This document shows, piece by piece, positions 14,491-26,690 of a stretch of DNA of 64,000 nucleotides. The notes under the pieces were generated by a model that saw only the letters and a program-made list of their open reading frames with translations, was not told the DNA's origin and made no database searches. The position numbers were made by a program, and so were the translations under genes. This DNA is from Mobula hypostoma (lineage: Eukaryota). The DNA lies in the NCBI RefSeq assembly GCF_963921235.1, contig NC_086108.1, forward strand, positions 19,964,001 through 20,028,000, in the 5' to 3' direction. Position 1 is the first letter of the stretch. Each line of letters opens with the position of its first letter.

Positions 14491-15964
14491 AGTGACTATT
14501 AATACTGTGTACTATTCTGTTTGGATAAATAATACAAACATTTCAGTGAGTGTAAAATAGAATCTAAGTGGGTAAGCTGCTGGTTAAATAGCTGCTTGCA
14601 CAGTGGTACTAAGAACAAGCTGTGTTGAAAGAACTATTTAGTTCACACATGTTCCTGTTGCTTGTCAGAACTAATATCTTGTCCCATGGGGAGCAGAGTA
14701 CATCACTGGGATTCAGTGTTGATCCTGACTGACTTGGTTTATGTAGACAATGAAATCTGGAGAAGCAGATAATTTTTTACATTTTAGTATTTCACAAAGT
14801 TTTTAACCATGTTCCTGAATTTTGTGTGGTCTTCTATTTACAAAATATCAAAGGTAAAATTCAATTCATTGTCTATAAATACACTTTTTGGCCACTCAAC
14901 CAGTAACCTAATAATAACCTTCCCTTCAGTGCAGTGACATTTATCAAGGATAGCAAACTTGACATTGCTCACAATGTCAACCAATATACTGAAGTGCAGA
15001 GACAAAATACTGTATAGCAAGAGCATGTCATTCTGAGAAAGCAAGCTTTGTGCAAAGTTTTAATATAAAGATGGACACGTTTTTTGTTGGATGCATTGAT
15101 GACTTCTAACCACGTTTCTCTTTAAGTCTTGCAGTGAGAAGGAAAACAGTCTTTGTTTTCAAATTGTACAAGCTCAGATCTGTTCACAGTTTGGTTTAGA
15201 GATATGCAACATAGAAGTGGGCTCTTCATCCCACCATATCTATGTTGTACTTTTTGTCCATCTACACATCTTTTTCACTGACTCTTCCCTGGATGTTTCA
15301 TCTACACATGGTTATTGTTCATTAAAGCAACCTCGTAACCTGCATTAAGATTTGTGACTTATTTAATATTGAAAGCTATGATTTCATTGAACCCTACATT
15401 GGGATGTTGCTAACTATTTTAAGTTTTTGATTCTTGCACTTTGTTTGGATTGCTCAAGCTCTAGAATTGCAATTTATAAAGCCTTGATTGCAATTATGCT
15501 AAATGGTATGTTGCCAAGAGAAAATATGAGATTTTAATAGTATAAAGGAAGGGAGTGGTATCCTTTTGCTCATAGTTGTTAATTGCAGCTTAATATCAAG
15601 TAAACTAACATATAAAAATAGTTTAGTAATTTTCTCTGGGCTGCACAGTACTTATCCCAGTAAAATTACAGCAGCTGATTACCCATTTTCTCCAAAACAG
15701 TTTCACTTGTTTAGAGAGATTGATTTTCTGTTTTTTTTCCCTCTAGAATGCATACAGCAGTGCTTTAAGTCACTTCCACATTGATAAATTTTGCCTAGTA
15801 CATTTTTTTTACATAGTAATAGTAAATGCTTATTTCAAAAAAAAAATTCTGCGTATTTGTTATGCCTATGTTGAAGCAATTGCGGGTGAAATGGATAAAT
15901 CGGTGACCTGCTGCTGGGTATGTTATAGAGCCACTGAGACAGCCTTTCTAGAGTGACAACTTGT

Positions 15965-18510
15965 ATAGAACATAGAATAATGCAGCGCTGGATAGGCTAC
16001 TCAGCCCATGATATTTCAGTCAATGCTAATTCATGCTAAGTATCCTCCTTTTGCATATCCATATCCCTTTGTTCCCTTCATGTTCTCTTAAACTCTTCTA
16101 AGCTCTCTTAAATTCTACCAAACTAGCTGACTCTAATCATCCAGGCAGCTACCACACTTCGCATTTTTTTTGCCCTTAAAAATTCCCCCTCTAACCTTAA
16201 AAGCATGTCTCTGGTGATTGACATTTTGAACCTGAGGAACAGATTCTAACTGTTTACACCTCTGTGCCTCTTGCAATTAAAAAAAAAACTTCTTTCAAGT
16301 CTCCCCTCAGTCTTTGATGCACTTAGGAGAACAACCCCAGTTTCCCAGCCTGTAATTATTGCTCATGCCCTCTAATCCAGGCAGCATCCTGGCAAATGGC
16401 TTCTGTACTCTTTCCACAATCTCCACATCTTTCCTATAATGGGGCAACCAGAACTACATGCAATATTCCAAGTACGGCCTGACGGAAGTTTTGTATAACT
16501 GCAGTATGACTTCCTTACTCTTATACTTAACACCCCTATCAGGAAGGCAAGCCTACTTTAACACCAGTTTATCCAGGTGTGTAGCTATTTTCAGTGAACT
16601 ATGGCCCTGGACCCCAAGATCCCTATGTACTTCAGCAGCAGTAAAAGGCCTAATATTAATTATACTTTTTCTTCCCAGTTGACCTCCTGAAATGCAACAC
16701 CTCACACTTACCAGATTAAATTGCATCTGCCACCTCTCTGCCCATATATGTACTGATTTATATCCTGCTGTATTCTTTGATAGTCCTTGATATTGTCCAC
16801 ATTTCCACCAATCTTAGTGTTAACTGCAAGCTTGCTAATCCATCCATCTACATCTTCATTCAAATCATTGATATACAGTGCCTGTAAAAAGTATTCACCC
16901 CCTTTGGATGTTTTCATGTTTTATTGTTTTACAACACTGAAGCACAGTGGATTTAATTTGGCTGTTTTTGAGACTGGTCAACAGAAAAAGACTCTTTCAT
17001 GTCAAAGTGAAAATAGGTCTCTACGAAGTGATCTAAATTAATTAAAAATATAAAACACAAATAATTGATTGCATAAATTATTCACCCCCTACAAATCAGT
17101 ATTTGGTAGATGCACCCTTGGTAGCAGTTACACCCTTGAGTCTGTGTAGATAGGTCTCTGTCAGCTTTGCGCATCTGGACACTGCAATTTTTCCTCCATT
17201 CTTTTTTACAAAACTGCTCAAGCTCTGTCAGATTGCATGGGGATTGTGAGTGAACAACCATGTTCAAGACCAGCCGCACATTCTCAATTGGATTGAGGTC
17301 TGGTCTCTGACTTGGCCACTCCAGGAAATTGACTTTATTGTTTTTGAGTCATTCCAGCTTTGGCTTTATGCTTGGTGTCATTGTCTTGCTGGAAAAAGAT
17401 CATCTCCAAAGTTGCAGTCCTCTTGCAGACTACATCAGGTTTTCCTCCAGGATTTCCCTGCATTTTGCTGCATTTGTTTACTCTCTGCCTTCACAAGCCT
17501 TCCAGGGCCTGCTTCAGTGAAGCATTCCCACATCATGATGTTGCCACCACCATGCTTCCTGGTAGGGATGGTGTGCTTTTGATGATGTGAGGTGTTTGGC
17601 TTACGCCAAACATAGCATTTAGTCTGGTTAAAACTCAATTTTGGTTTCATCAGACCCAAGAACCTTCTTTCAGCTGACTTCAGGGTCTCCCACATGCCTT
17701 CTGGCAAACTCTAGATGAGATTTCATGTGAGTTTTTCAACAGTGGCTTTCTCTTTGACACTCTCCATAAAGTTGCAACTGGTAGAGCACCCAGGCAACAG
17801 TTGTGTGCACAGTCTCTCCCATCTCAGCCACTGAAGCTTGTAACTCCTCTAGAGTTGTCATAGGTCTCTTCGTGGTCTCCCTCACTAGTCCCTTCTTGCA
17901 CTGTCACTCAGTTTTTGAGGACTGCATACTCTAGGCAGATTTACAGCTGTGCCATATTCTTTCCATTTCTTGATGATTGACTTAACTGTACTCCAGTGAC
18001 TTGGAAATTTTCTTGTATCCATCTCCTGATTTGTACTTTTCAATAACCTTCTCACAGAGTTGCTTGAAGTGCTCTTTTGGCTTCATGGTGTAATTTTTGC
18101 CTGGATACAACTCACCAGCAGTCGGACCTTTCAGCTACAGATGTATTTTTACTACAAACAATTGAACTACCTTGACGGCACACAGGTTTCCATAAGCAGG
18201 TCTCCATTTAACTTAACTAACACCAATTTGCTGCACTAGTGATGACTTGGTGTGTCATATTTAAGGAGGTGAATACGTATGCAATCAATTTTTTTGTGAT
18301 TTATATTTGTAATTAATTTAGATTACTTTGACATAAAAGCTTTTTTTGTTGATCGGTGCCAAAAAAGTGATTCAATGTTATAAAATACTAAACATGAAAA
18401 TTTCTGGGGTGGGGGGGGTGGTGGTGAATATATTTTATAGGCACTGTAATATTGCAAACAACAGACGTTCCAGCACCACTTCTTGCGGAACACCACTGGT
18501 AACAGACTTC
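15965..18510 (-). mobile_element. Decayed CR1 interrupted by a Tc1 element
   Basis: atagaacatagaa tail at the left end; RT remnants in ORF 16708-16917. CR1 sequence resumes after 18448. Confidence 0.7.
16876..18446 (-). mobile_element. Tc1-family transposon of IR/DR type, decayed
   Basis: TA-flanked cagtgcctgtaaaa...ttttataggcactg. Inner copies of the terminal motif near 17078 and 18265. ORF 17435-17707 contains [10 protein letters not shown]. Confidence 0.9.
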
Positions 18511-18719
18511 CACTTCTACTCTATTTCTTCTGCCTGTTTGGAAGTGATCTGTGGATCCTGATCAGCATCTTCTCATGGCAGTATTTTGTGGCTGATAATT
18601 CAGTACAGGATGTATTATTTATCTTCCTGCTCTGTTAACTTTAATTGTTTTTTCATATGTACAACAGTTAAGTTCTATATAAGAAAATCACTACATTGTT
18701 TCTTGTCTCCTTTTTACAG

Positions 18720-18835
18720 AGACCTTGTTGATGAAGCCAAAAATTATCTGCTTTTACCCCAAGAACGGCCCCTAATGCAGGGTCCAAGGACGAGGCCTCG
18801 TAAACCTATCCGATGTGGCGAGGTTTTATTTGCAG
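18720..18835 (+). CDS. KLHL20: KLHL20 coding exon, [38 protein letters not shown]
   Basis: Lies within ORF 18586..18843. tttttacag| acceptor, |gtttgt donor, 116 nt. Confidence 0.97.
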
Positions 18836-19624
18836 GTTTGTAATCTTGCGTAAAATTTATCTTTTAACAGTTCTTAAAATATCAGCTTGTTTTAAGATTT
18901 GACTAAAATATACCGTAGATAATGGATGACTTTTGACTTGAGCCACCGTGTGTTTCAGATTTGTTAATGATATTGGAATGTAGCTAGAATTAAGATGGGC
19001 CAAAGCTTTATGATAAAAAGAAGTTGAGATTATTAATATCATTAAAAAAGTTTAAGAGAAATTAACAGGTCTAAAACAGGACAAATCTGTTAAAACTAAT
19101 AGCTGACATCAAAGTGTTCCGAAAAAGGTGGCTTTAGTTGGTGATTATTTTACCAAATTCCCTAGATTGTGGAAACTAGCAGGTTGGAGGGAAACAAATG
19201 TAACTTATATACTTGGAGAAGGAAGGAGAGGAAAACATCAAGGAACTCTAGACAAACCAGCCAGATATTGTTTATGACAAAATGATGAAATCCATCAATA
19301 AGATCAAGGGCACTCAAAAAATCATGGTGACAAGGCAAGAGTCAGGATGTTTATTTTAATGAATAAAAATTGTGTTTGACAGAGTTAATACAAGTTATTA
19401 GATTGGTTATAAATAGCACAGACATGGGATAACTACTGGGAAGTAAATCTAATTCCCAAAATCTATTTGAGGTGCCATAGTCACCAAAAATGAGGCTCAG
19501 TCTGGGTTTGAATTGATTGCATAGGTTAAGAATAGGAAACAAAGTAAGAATAAACAGGTTGACTTCAAGTTAACAGATGATTGAATTAAATGGCAAATAT
19601 TTTCACACCTGAACTCTTGTTTAG

Positions 19625-19808
19625 TTGGAGGTTGGTGCAGTGGGGATGCAATTTCGAGCGTTGAGCGCTATGATCCTCAGACCAATGAATGGCGAATGGT
19701 AGCTTCTATGAGCAAACGGCGGTGTGGAGTAGGGGTCAGCGTGCTAGATGATCTTCTTTATGCAGTGGGTGGACATGATGGCTCATCATATCTAAACAGC
19801 GTAGAGAG
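19625..19808 (+). CDS. KLHL20: KLHL20 coding exon, Kelch 1-2 ([23 protein letters not shown]...YLNSVER)
   Basis: Manual translation. tttag| acceptor, |gtaagg donor, 184 nt. Confidence 0.97.
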
Positions 19809-19819
19809 GTAAGGTGCAA

Positions 19820-19821
<2 letters not shown>

Positions 19822-19874
<53 letters not shown>
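19822..19874 (+). repeat. (TG)26 microsatellite
   Basis: Perfect dinucleotide run starting 14 nt into the intron. Confidence 0.98.
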
Positions 19875-19876
<2 letters not shown>

Positions 19877-21916
19877 TTGTGTGTTTGTTTGTGGTTCAAA
19901 ACTCTGAATACATTTTGTTCCCCATATTCTTTCCTCATTGATGAATACTGTATTTGTACACCTGCAAAATAAATCAGTCAGTCAAACTGATATATAAGAT
20001 TATACCTTTTACATGATTAATTTTAACTTCAAGTTAATAACCTCACTAAGTACCCACATACAGTTTAGATTTTTAAAAAAGTATATAATACTGCATAGGT
20101 GCATCGAGTATACCCAATGAGCAAAGTCCTCTGCATTGCCATCTGTGGATGCAAAAAATAGAGACTGATGATCAGCAGATAGTTTTGCTATCTGTCTCAT
20201 TTAGTTACACAGAATGTCTCATGTGCACATTTAGATGGTAGCTGAAAGTAGTTGGGCTCAAGACAATTCTTTGAGACAGACCTCCAATAAAACTCTGCAG
20301 CTGAGATGATTGCCAACAGCAACCATTGTCATTTTTGCTGAATCTAATTCTAGTCAGCAGAGAGCATTATCTCATTAGCACGCCCTTCCTCCCACCAATC
20401 TCCTTGCCCCTGGCTGTACTCTGGTTCAGCATCTTGTCACCAATAATGTTTGTGTATTTGAATAGTTAATTTGAATCTGAGCCAAATGATCAAAGAAGAA
20501 CCTAAAATTAGAATTAGTGAATCAATGAGTAACCAGGCCATGACGGTTTCCAACAAGAGACCCTAATTACTTCTAGTTTTTTTAATGATGTGAATCCCCT
20601 ACCATTAGTCACCTTAACAACCATATTGTAGCTTCAAGAGCAGCCCTGTCTGTAGCTATGTAATTTGTGGCAAATGCCTTATCCGACTTCACAGATTCTT
20701 TCCATCACCTACAAGGTGCAAGTCAGGAGTTTAATTGAATGTTTGCTCCAACAAAAACCAAGAAGTCGAAAAAGTAACAAAGCTCAAATCTTAACTCCAT
20801 CTAAGACAAAGCAGTTAACTTGATTATCACTTTTATTGCCAGCTTAAAAATTCAGTCTTTTTCAAGAATAACATTGTTGTGTACCATCTGCAGAATGCTG
20901 TGCAGTTACTCATAAAGGCTTCTTTGACTGAATCATCAAACCTCATTACTTCCATTCCACAGGTCAAGACCATCAACTGAAGGAGAATCATACCACTACC
21001 AAATTCCACTCCATGTCATGTGCCATCCTGACTTGGAAATACATTGTTTTTCCTTTAGTGTGGAAATGTACATTAAACGTGATGCAATTCGAGAAAGCAA
21101 CTTGCCATCTTTTCTAAGGATAGACAATAAATGCTGACCTTCCTAGGCCACCTCAGGGTATAAACTTTAAAAAATAGCTATAACAGCTCTGTCAAAGCTG
21201 TTTCTAGTATCTCAAACAGTCCTATTGGTATCTCATTTTTCCAGCCAGATTCCACTTTTTAATGGAATTTGATCATTGGCATAATGATAAACATTTTAAG
21301 TGGATGATACCTGCTTTCTGGTCTATCTGTCTTTTGTCTTTGTATCTCTTGCTATATTTACACTGACTTAAAATGCTATATCGGATTTCCACCCAACTGG
21401 TATTAGTAATGTAGTTGAGAATTGAATTTTGTTCGGCTGCATCTGCACCTGTTTCCTTAAACATAAAACAACATGTTTGTTGAATTATTGAATTCAGTAC
21501 ATGTCTTTTCCATGCCCCCACATGTGGATTCATTCTTCAGATAAGAACATTCAATTTCAGGCATAATCCTAACTTCTGTGTGTGGAGACAATATAGGAAG
21601 CACAGTGGTTATCCATGCCATTTTTGCTCAAGTATAAAGAAACACATAAAAAGAAACTAATGTAAAAAATCAAAGGGACAAGAAGTATTGCACAATTAAA
21701 ATTATCCTTGAATTTTATTATTTCCGTTCTAATATTTGATAAAGCCTGGGAGTATAATTATTCCTTTAATGTAGCGTTTGCTTTTTTTTTTGTAATACTT
21801 AAGTTTTAAGAGAAATAAATCTTAAGGTCACAAATTCCACTCGCAGTGTACTCTGTAATTGCGAGTGCTCTGAAACTAGGCATATGTTTTTAATTTTTTA
21901 ATAATTAAACTTTTAG

Positions 21917-22060
21917 ATATGATCCAAAGACCAACCAGTGGAGTAGTGACGTGGCTCCCACCAGTACATGTCGGACCAGTGTTGGCGTGGCAGTTTTGGG
22001 AGGGTATCTGTATGCTGTAGGTGGCCAGGATGGCGTCTCTTGTCTGAACATTGTGGAAAG
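21917..22060 (+). CDS. KLHL20: KLHL20 coding exon, Kelch 2-3 ([23 protein letters not shown]...CLNIVER)
   Basis: Manual translation. ttttag| acceptor, |gtaaac donor, 144 nt. Confidence 0.97.
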
Positions 22061-23154
22061 GTAAACTTGTGGAGTGTTTCTTCCTAACGTGATCTGATAG
22101 CAGTAATTGTGTGGTGCAGTAAGTAGCATAGCAATGTTGCCTGTCAACATGCCGCGTTATGGAGTGGACAAGCACCAGTGTGTGTTTGTGATTCCGCTCT
22201 GTGGGGTCTGCTCTCACACAGGCTGTTAGTGAAAGGACAAAGTGAAAGCAAGAAGTTTTTTCATCACGGATAACTACAATGCCTCTTCACTGGTTAAATA
22301 TTAAAGTACTTGTCAAGCTACAGAACCATGACATTTAATTCCCCAGCCACAGAAAATTTACATCAAGGGGAGCTTCAGACCATAATCTTATATATAAGGT
22401 AATGCATTACTGGCAGCCTGGTGCCTTGATGGAAGTGGATAATATCTATACCAGAAACCTGATTTGAAACTTGAAATGTTCATATATTAGAGCGCACTCA
22501 TAGTATAGGTAGTATGCTTGGTTATGATGCTTATTATTCCAGAGGGGTGGTGGTGGGAGGGATAGGGTTCACTTGTATATATCTCTCCCTTTATTTTCAA
22601 ATTCTAGATCCTTTCACTGATTTGTAGATGTGAACAAAATAATGTATAAACAATCAATTTAATGATATTACGTGCAAAATATGAAAAGTATTACTTCAGT
22701 AATGCATCTTGATGTTTTGCTTTATTTAAGATTAGCACATTCTGACAAATAATTTTTGCATTCCTTCCCCTTTTTTATCATTCCCCTTTGACCATTCCTC
22801 TTTTCTCTGCATCTCTCAGCCTTAATCACTCTGAGATCGATTTTGAGGAGATCTGGCTGTATCTATGCTCTAATGACTGATTATTTTTAGGGTTATGAGA
22901 ATGAGTGGATTAAATTGCCTTTAAGTTCTGTTATTTTTCCTCACTTCTTAGAAAGGCATTTCTTTTACTTGTACTTTGCTGACATCTTTCCAGTGATTAC
23001 ACTGTAGTGCAGCAAGTTGGCACAGATCAGCAGGCTACCTACATAAAGAATGCTTGTGTATTCAACTTCATGTACTCTGGCAACTGTTCTGCTGTTTTAT
23101 ACGAACTCCCTGATAAATGGACAGCAGTATTACTAGATATCTAGAAATAAAGTT

Positions 23155-23375
23155 TTGTGGATGCTGGAAATCTGAATTAAGAACAGAAATTGTTGGAAAT
23201 ATTTAGCAGGTCAGGTGGAATCTGTGGCCAGAGAAACAGAAATAAAATTGAAGGTAAGTGACCTTTCACTAGAACAAAAAGGTCATGAACTAGAAATGCT
23301 GACCATGTTTCTCTTGATATAGATGCTGCCTGATCTGCTAAGTATTTCCAATATTTGTTATTTTTCGTTTCCATA
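23155..23375. repeat. Degenerate inverted pair of Penelope-like terminal repeats
   Basis: Imperfect inverted arms carrying the gatgctgcctgatctgct motif shared with 51254-51499. Confidence 0.55.
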
Positions 23376-23829
23376 TTACTGGATATTTTGAATTCATTAA
23401 GTCTTTTTATTATATATGTTGTTACTTGGCCCAATACAAAGGAATTTTAATTTTAAACTCTATTATAAATTTTCATACAACAGATGTTCAGGTTTTCCAA
23501 GATATGGTATAATAATTGCACATTTTAAGATCGGTATTGATTTAGAAGAACGGTGTTTGGAAGAGGATTTTTAACAAAATCAGCAGTCCCTTAAAACCCA
23601 AAGGAACTCCTTCAAGTTGGTCTTCATTGAATTATATCTTCCTCCAGTTATCCTGGTCTGCATAATTTAAAATATGCGAGATCAAAAATAAATTGAACGA
23701 TGCATAGTTAACCAATTTGATTCAACTGTGAATATACGAGAGATCTTTCAGTGCAGATGGTTGGAAATTCGATCTTTGCTTTCAGTGGTTCTGCATGAAG
23801 TGATACAGGCAAAAATATTTTCATTCTAG

Positions 23830-23963
23830 GTTTGACCCGAAAGAGAATAAATGGGCACGTGTGGCTTCAATGAGTACCAGACGGCTAGGTGTGGCAGTTG
23901 CTGTATTAGGTGGATTTCTTTATGCTGTTGGTGGATCTGATGGTACTTCTCCCCTTAATACTG
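23830..23963 (+). CDS. KLHL20: KLHL20 coding exon, Kelch 3-4 ([20 protein letters not shown]...SPLNT)
   Basis: Overlaps ORF 23861..24091. ctag| acceptor, |gtatgt donor, 134 nt. Confidence 0.97.
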
Positions 23964-23984
23964 GTATGTTTATTCTGTGTAGAA

Positions 23985-24280
23985 AGATTTATGTATTTAT
24001 TTATTTAGTGACACGGCACAGAGTAGGCCCTTCCGGCCCTTCGAGGAACGCCACCCTAGCAACCTCACAAGCCTGGTTAAATCTAACCTAAACATGGGAC
24101 AATTTACAATGCATAATTAACCTACCCAGTACGTCTTTGGATTGTGGGAGGAAACCGGAGCATCCAGGCAAAACTCACACATTCCGAGACTCCTTACAGA
24201 ATGGCACCAGAATTGAACTCCAAAATCCAGAACTCCCCACAATGTAATAACATCGTGCTAACCACTATGCTACAGTGGTG
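23985..24280 (-). mobile_element. tRNA-derived SINE (HE1/V-SINE-like)
   Basis: (attt)n tail, tgtgggaggaaaccggagca core, and A/B-box-like head at the right end. Confidence 0.7.
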
Positions 24281-24853
24281 CTCAAATTCTGTTACTCCAT
24301 TATGACAGTGACTCCATAATTCATATCCCTGTGCAGTATGATTTACAATTAGAGCCTGAAACAGAATTAATTTTTGAGAATACCACAGTGTAAGAGCATT
24401 TTCTTTTATCAAAGATCCAGAAAATAAATAATGATGTACTTGTAAATGTTGTGTAGGCGACAGTGTCCAGTTACCTTAGTGGTGAGACTTGACCCTCTGT
24501 GTATTGTTTCATGGGTCCTTTTTTCACTATGGAATAGAAGGTGCTGCACACAAGGAGCTGAATTGAGCCCTTTTTGCACTAAAAAGGTAACTAAAAATTA
24601 ACAACTGAGTATTCTTATATAATGTCTTTGTGCATAGGCTTGAGAACTGATCGGGTTGTTAATACAGCTCCTTTTGGACTGATGAAAGTGGTTTGTAACA
24701 CAAAATCCAATAGAAAGTGACATTTTGATTTATAACTTTTGAAAAGTATGCAAGATGCACAACTGTAGGGAGAGAGGGATATTTCAGATCAGAGGAGAAC
24801 TTCCATGGTACTATGGTGGCTGATCAAGATTGGCTTGTATTTTCTACCTGTAG

Positions 24854-25062
24854 TTGAACGCTACAGTCCACAGGAAAACCGATGGCATACCATTGCACCG
24901 ATGGGAACTCGCCGAAAGCACTTGGGATGTTCTGTTTACCAGGACATGATTTACGCCGTTGGAGGAAGAGATGATACCACAGAATTAAGCAGTGCTGAGA
25001 GATTCAATCCCCGTACTAACCAGTGGTCTCCAGTTGTGGCTATGACATCACGGAGGAGTGGG
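24854..25062 (+). CDS. KLHL20: KLHL20 coding exon, Kelch 4-6 ([18 protein letters not shown]...MTSRRSG)
   Basis: Lies within ORF 24805..25143. tgtag| acceptor, |gtgagt donor, 209 nt. Confidence 0.97.
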
Positions 25063-26369
25063 GTGAGTATAGATCCTAATGAAGCAGATGTGAATTGGAT
25101 TTCCAGAGTAAAACAGCAATGCTTCATTAGAATAATGAAATAGAAGGATGTTGAATAGTCTTTGCACAAGATACCTCAAGCTGGTCAGCCACTGCCAAAA
25201 CGGGATTAAAGCAAAAAAGTCATTTTCTTTCAAATCCCATCTTGGCAGTGGCTGTCCAGCTTGAGATATCTGTAGACACCTTGTTAATCTTAACAAAATA
25301 GGTGCTAGATTTTGAAAATTTGGAGGGACTAATATATAAAACAATTTTCACTGAGCCACGTGATATTGTTGTCATGTTCTTATATGGTCTGTTGGCTTTT
25401 TGCATGGATTCAGTATAACCTTTATTCTGTCCCTCAAAGCCACATTGGTCACTCACACAACAGTTGTCCTTGTATCGTTATCTTGTGACTTTATTCCATG
25501 TGCAGGGTGAATGTTTTGAGAGTAATGAAAAGAGCTGTGAATAGTTAACTCTCTTGTTCTATCTTTGATTGCAAGTTGGCAGCAGGCCAATACTTTTCTG
25601 TCTGATCTCTAACCTCATATTCTCTACCTTACATCGATCTTAACCTCAAATAAATGCTTAGATCTGCAGTGAAGTCAAGATTTAGAATTGACCAGATTAG
25701 CTGATTGTGGATAGTAACACAAATATACACACTTTAATTCCTGTAAGATGATAATAATCAAATAACCTTCAGAAACTCTATGTAAGTACTCTAAAAATAC
25801 ATTTTGAACAATGTGAAAATTAGTTTCCATCTATCCTATCAAATTTATTGAGCATCAAAAATACATTAATTTGATAACCACATGTTCAAGGGAATACAAG
25901 CCAATCCTATACTATTTCAGTAGACAGTTATCTAATATTCCCAGTATGCCCATTTATATTTGCACCATGTACTGTATACCTTAATAAGGTTCAACTTCCC
26001 AACTTGCTTACATCTTTCCAGTGCCTTGGGATATTCAGGAGGCTCATTTTTGATTTGATCTTTCACCAAGAAGAGTGATAGAATTTGTATTCTTTAGTTG
26101 CCCAGCACCAGATTCTTGAAACATACTCATTCTATTCTGAGATCAGTCACAGGAAGAAATTAAAAGGCAGACAAAGCATCCTTGAAGCAACGCAACATCC
26201 CTTCTGACTTCTAGGAGTCCTTTATGTTCACTCAAAATGGAGGAGCATTAGAGATGATATTGAGAATGGTGAGTTTATTTATCAGGATAAGATAGAGACC
26301 TTGTGAAAATGTCAAAAGAAGTGTCCCACTTTACAAACAACACTCCTATGTATTCTATCGGCTAAGATG

Positions 26370-26690
26370 CTAACAGAGTGCCTCAGCTATAAAAACCACT
26401 GCCTCACAGCACCAGCAACCCAAGTTCAATCTTGTATTCAAGTGCTGTCCTTGTATAGTTTGCATGTTCTCCCAGTGCCTGCATATTTCCTATTGGTACT
26501 CCAATTTCTTCTCGGATATGCAGATTGGTAGTTTAGTTGAACATTGTAAATTGCCTCTGGTGTGTAGGTGAATAGTAGACTCTGGAGGCTTAGGGAAGGC
26601 AGATTAGGTGGGGGTACAATTGCTGCAATTGAATAGTTGCTGTGGAGTGGTCTCAGTGGGATAATGGGTCTGTTTCCATGCTGTATCTGT
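26370..26690 (+). mobile_element. Decayed tRNA-derived V-SINE-like element
   Basis: gcctcacagcaccag...gttcaatc head and gtttgcatgttctccc core. Confidence 0.6.

Noticed and set aside
21838..21867. Iron-responsive element (contains CAGUGU)
   Set aside because: CAGUGU lies in the stem rather than in an apical loop closed by a 5-bp helix, and the site is intronic.
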